NCBI GenBank assembly: GCA_044892525.1 | Contig: CM097885.1 | Location: 45,572,001-45,636,000, forward strand | Direction of reading: 5' to 3' | Length of the DNA: 64,000 nucleotides | Origin: Schmidtea polychroa | Lineage: Eukaryota | Shown: in pieces, positions 59,655 to 64,000 of the stretch | How positions within the stretch are numbered: position 1 is the first letter of the stretch | How the letters are laid out: each line of letters starts with the position of its first letter | Position numbers and translations under genes: made by a program | Notes under the pieces: generated by a model | Database searches by the model: none | What the model was told of the DNA's origin: nothing | Seen by the model: the letters and a program-made list of their open reading frames with translations, nothing else

Positions 59655-61218
59655 ACTTGGTTCTATTATCGATTGACTTAATGATTTGGTGTTGAATTCT
59701 GGTTGATTGTTGATACTTGGCTGTTATCTTGATTGATTGATTTACCTTACTAGAAAAATATCACTCCTCCTTACCGTTTATTATCTTTATAAATTATAAT
59801 TTATATATTATATAACATAATTGCAATATTTTTGTTTTAGTTTCCTTGGGCATCTCTTAATATTTGTTCCCTCGTTCCCTTAGTTTACACCTTTATTCTC
59901 ATGGTCTACTTAATTTTCTCAATCCTTATTTATTTTAATTCGTGTTCCTTTTCCTCGTTTCTATGGTTTTCTTGGCTTCGAATGACTATCTCTCGATCTA
60001 TTAACTTGTATTACCTCTTAGTTTTTCTTCATTACTATGGTACTTGTTCTGTTCTCGGTTGTTTCAGTTTTAATCATTTCTCGAGTTTACTATAACGGTT
60101 ACCCTTTATATTTCCTCCTTTCATTAACTATTATTGTTATCGTTGCCGTTTTTCTTGACTTAGTTCATTGTTTTACTTAGCGGTTTCTCTTCTTAAGTTT
60201 GAAACTATATTCACAGTTGTACTTGTATTGCCTCTCATCTGTACTTGACTCAGTCCTTGTCATTTCTATAACTCATTCTTAACTAGAATTTCCATTATTC
60301 TCCTTATATTCTCGTTCATTCTCTCTTACCCGATTATCTAATATCAATTCATTTCTTGTCATTTCTACTAATATATCAAAATTTACCAATCTTATCATTC
60401 CTTAACTTGCCACTCTTTACCTTACAAATTTATAACTCGTTCGTTTCTGCATTCAAAACAATCAACTGAAACAAAATTCTTATCCCATTGGTCTCCGCTT
60501 TCGAGACTTATTAGAAATTCTTAATTTCCACGTTTCTACTTTTGAAACTTCAAAAATCATTATCTGGTCCGCTTCTACTTTTGAAACTTCCGAATGATGT
60601 ACAATTCCTATTTCGTCGGTTGTGAATAACCATAATCCTAAATTTTCGTCGATGTTGAATTATCTATGTGGTCGTATCAATTATCTATAGGGTCGTATCA
60701 ATTATCTATAATTATCAATTATAATATCAATTGGTCGTTGTCCATTGCTGCTAATTACCCCTCCTCATTTTCCTAGTATACTTTTGCGCAATTTCGCCAT
60801 TTTACTTATCCTTTTATATCTAAGTCACCTATTACTCTTTACTCGGTTCTACTCTGGAACCAAAAACAAGATTCGTTTATCCGGTTTAAACCAAAAAAAA
60901 ATTCTGTAGCACCTTGTCTACTTACCTGGGATCCCCTTTAATTAGTTAATTTTTTTCCTCTTTTACTCATCATCTATTCACACTTATTCTTTATTTTCAT
61001 TATCTCCTTAATTCATTTTCCTTTTTTCTCTTCCTTTTCCACTATAATCTTATTATCTTTTCTACGAGCTCGTTTATTTCCTCTCTAAATTCAAATTCCC
61101 ATATGTAATTCCAATTCGTTTCTAGCTAGCTTTAATATTCTATCTTACTGTAACTTTAGCTTCGATATGTTATCTCATTGTAGCTTAACTGCTATCTCTC
61201 GCTTTTCTAGGCCTTTAT

Positions 61219-61879
61219 GACTGGCTGGCACTATTCAACAGCTCAATCTTCTTCCTTCTGACCGGTTGGACTATTCGACAACTCGATCTTACGACTGGCT
61301 GGCACTATTCAACAGCTCAATCTTCTTCCTTCTGACCGGTTGGACTATTCGACAACTCGATCTTACGACTGGCTGGCACTATTCAACAGCTCAATCTTCT
61401 TCCTTCTGATCGGTTGGACTATTCGACAACTCGATCTTACGACTGGCTGGCACTATTCAACAGCTCAATCTTCTTCCTTCTGACCGGTTGGACTATTCGA
61501 CAACTCGATCTTACGACTGGCTGGCACTATTCAACAGCTCAATCTTCTTCCTTCTGATCGGTTGGACTATTCGACAACTCGATCTTACGACTGGCTGGCA
61601 CTATTCAACAGCTCAATCTTCTTCCTTCTGATCGGTTGGACTATTCGACAACTCGATCTTACGACTGGCTGGCACTATTCAACAGCTCAATCTTCTTCCT
61701 TCTGATCGGTTGGACTATTCGACAACTCGATCTTACGACTGGCTGGCACTATTCAACAGCTCAATCTTCTTCCTTCTGATCGGTTGGACTATTCGACAAC
61801 TCGATCTTACGACTGGCTGGCACTATTCAACAGCTCAATCTTCTTCCTTCTGACCGGTTGGACTTTTCACAACTCGGCC
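61219..61879. repeat. 74-bp tandem array (9 copies), each made of two related hairpin subunits
   Basis: Units start at 61219, 61293, 61367, 61441, 61515, 61589, 61663, 61737 and 61811. Confidence 0.97.
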
Positions 61880-62045
61880 TTAATAATCCCTAACATGCAT
61901 GTTTTATTCTCCATTTCTCCGTTTGTCCTAGGCTCACTATTTTTGTTGTCTTTACTTTAGTTACTGTGCACTTTCTAAACGTTTATCCCCCTGCATGCCT
62001 GTTTTTTACTGCTCTTACGGGTTTTCCTCACTCCCCTGACTCCGG

Positions 62046-62271
62046 ATTCGCATCTATTATTCGCATCTATTATTCGCATCTATTATTCGCATCTATTATT
62101 CGCATCTATTATTCGTATCTATTATTCGCATCTAGTATTCGCATCTATTATTCGCATCTAGTATTCGCATCTATTATTCGCATCTATTATTCGCATCTAT
62201 TATTCGCATCTATTATTCGCATCTATTATTCGCATCTATTATTCGCATCAATTATTCGCATCTATTATTCG
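62046..62271. repeat. 13-bp minisatellite (ATTCGCATCTATT), about 17 copies
   Basis: Direct inspection. Confidence 0.96.
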
Positions 62272-64000
62272 CTTTCCTTTGACTGTCCTTGTCCCTATCA
62301 TTCTGCCTACCGGTTATCTATCAATTTAGTCTTTAAGCTCTAATTGTTTCTCTTTACTTCGCTCTCTCTTTTCCCATTTACTTGGTCTTCTTTTTATTTC
62401 TCCTACATGCTTCTTTTTACTGCTCTTCCAGGTTTTCCCCACTCTCCTGACTCCGGATGCGAAACACTCGCACTGGTCGATCTCCGATCGTGTGGTGATC
62501 AGTCACACGCAGAGATGTTCCAGTATATGCGATGGGCCCTGTTCCACATCTTTCGTCAGGACAGTTGGTACTTTCCTGGGCCTTATCCGTACTACGCTGA
62601 GCGTAGCTCATAGGTTGTGGATTTCCTAAATCTTAACAGGGAAAAAAAAATTTTTTCCTTATTCATTTGCTCCCAATTTTCGTAATACTTTATTCTCGTT
62701 TTTACGCAGTGCTCTTAATCTACTTATCTCGATTACTCTTGGTCCTTTTTCATTATTCTAAATATATTCACGTCTCTTGTCTAGTTAACGTCTTATTGCT
62801 ATCGCTTTTACTCTTACCGCTTCGGTTGACTTGTTTCTCGTTAATATGTTCACTATTTCCTCAGGCAGATCCCTCTCGCATTATTTGTTAATATTAGTTT
62901 ATCCATTTTATTCGTTACCCTTCTATTCGTTAATGATTTATTTACGAAACATCCCTGCTCAATTTTGTAATTTATCGCTTCCGTATTTGTTTATTTTCCT
63001 CAGCTTTGATTTTTTATGTTACCTCTCACTGATTTCCCCGTCATAATGTTTCTCATTTCGTATATTTTACGTTTTCAAAATTTGTTTGTTGTTTTTCTGT
63101 TTATGGGCCTCTTTGTTCCACTCCCTATATTTTAGGTTTTTAACTTATTTCCGCGTCTATTTGATATTTTACTTTTGGCGCGTAACTTTGATTGGTCATT
63201 TATTTTCATTATCTCATTTAATTGTTTATCTATGTCTACATATACACGCATATACTTATACATATACCCTTATCCATAAACATATATTCATATACTCATA
63301 TCCATCTATATCTGGATATCTACATCTGTACGCATTTCTCCCTAGCTGTTCGTGGAGTGGTTGATATTATTGCATTTATCGTTTCTGAATTTATTCAATC
63401 TCACAATTGCAACTTTTTGTTTCGTAATAAAAGTAGACAGTTCGTTCGTTTTCATTATTGTAACTTTTTGTTCCGTCGTAAAAGTAGGCAGTATGTTCGT
63501 TTTCCATAACTAAAACATTTGTTCCATGTTTCTAATTGGTCTCATTTTTGTTAGTATCTCTCGTTATTTTAATTTTCCGTGTCATGATGTTAAACTTTCA
63601 CTTTTGTTCTATTATAATGTATCGCGTTTCATTTTATATTTGTTGTTTCTCGTAATTTTGATTTTTCATTCAAATGTCTTTGCCCTTGCTTTCTTTCTGT
63701 GAATTTGTTACTTGTTGTTTTCTGTTTGTTCATTTCGTTTTGTGTTTTCCTTGTCATTTTTATTGTGTTTATTTGTTCACATTCTATTTCGTTATATGTG
63801 CGCTCTTCATTTTCTGTCCATCATGTTTTTGTATAATTTTCCCGATTGTTCCTATTACTACTCATGTCCATTTTGACTTTCATCTTGATCTGCCGTTTGT
63901 TGTTGTCCTAGTTTGATCTCATTTTTCCTCCGCGTCTTCGCAAAATGTCGTCCCCGACATTCATTATTTTATTTATTATTATGTGTTCTCTCGGTTCTCA

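Larger units (their letters stand above)
55311..64000 (-). mobile_element. Large LTR-retroelement-like segment (3' part), extending beyond the window
   Basis: Abrupt TG start interrupting a hAT remnant; minus-strand TATAAATA (56394-56401) with a CCAAT box (56425-56429); strong T-rich strand skew; decayed coiled-coil ORF with CCHC knuckles (CYECERTGHL). Confidence 0.55.

Noticed and set aside
60919..60930. U1 snRNA 5' end (ACTTACCTGG)
   Set aside because: No further U1 sequence follows; it is simply a minus-strand consensus splice donor.
61219..61879. CRISPR-like array
   Set aside because: Units are identical with no unique spacers, there are no cas genes and the context is eukaryotic.
61966..62343. 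Repetitive 125-aa ORF
   Set aside because: Translation of a 13-bp minisatellite whose period is not a multiple of three.
62667..63916. Hydrophobic plus-strand ORFs
   Set aside because: Explained by extreme T-rich skew (F/L/I/V/C-rich shadow ORFs); no domain signal.

Overview
AT-rich eukaryotic genomic DNA. Introns as short as 44-61 nt, (AAT)n tracts and dense transposon debris suggest an invertebrate, plausibly a planarian flatworm (inference only). Two host genes lie head-to-head. The first is a complete 11-exon Abl-family tyrosine kinase on the minus strand (43878->10974, about 963 aa: MG N-terminus, SH3, SH2, kinase, PxxP region, F-actin-binding domain). The second is the first three exons of CFAP77 on the plus strand (50746->51271), preceded by an RFX X-box. 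The rest is mobile DNA: several hAT elements and MITEs, a piggyBac with intact ends, and Penelope, mariner, Helitron and Gypsy remnants, plus three large LTR-retroelement-like segments with unusual cargo. Main observations: (i) a 74-bp higher-order tandem array encoding about 18 RNA hairpins whose stems are kept by compensatory changes on the minus strand; (ii) ubiquitin-like domains following Gag zinc knuckles in one element and next to a DEDDh exonuclease remnant in another; (iii) the Abl kinase has lost its SH3 ligand-binding tyrosines and both SH2-kinase-linker prolines and has an Ala gatekeeper. All translations and alignments were done by eye; no database searches were run.
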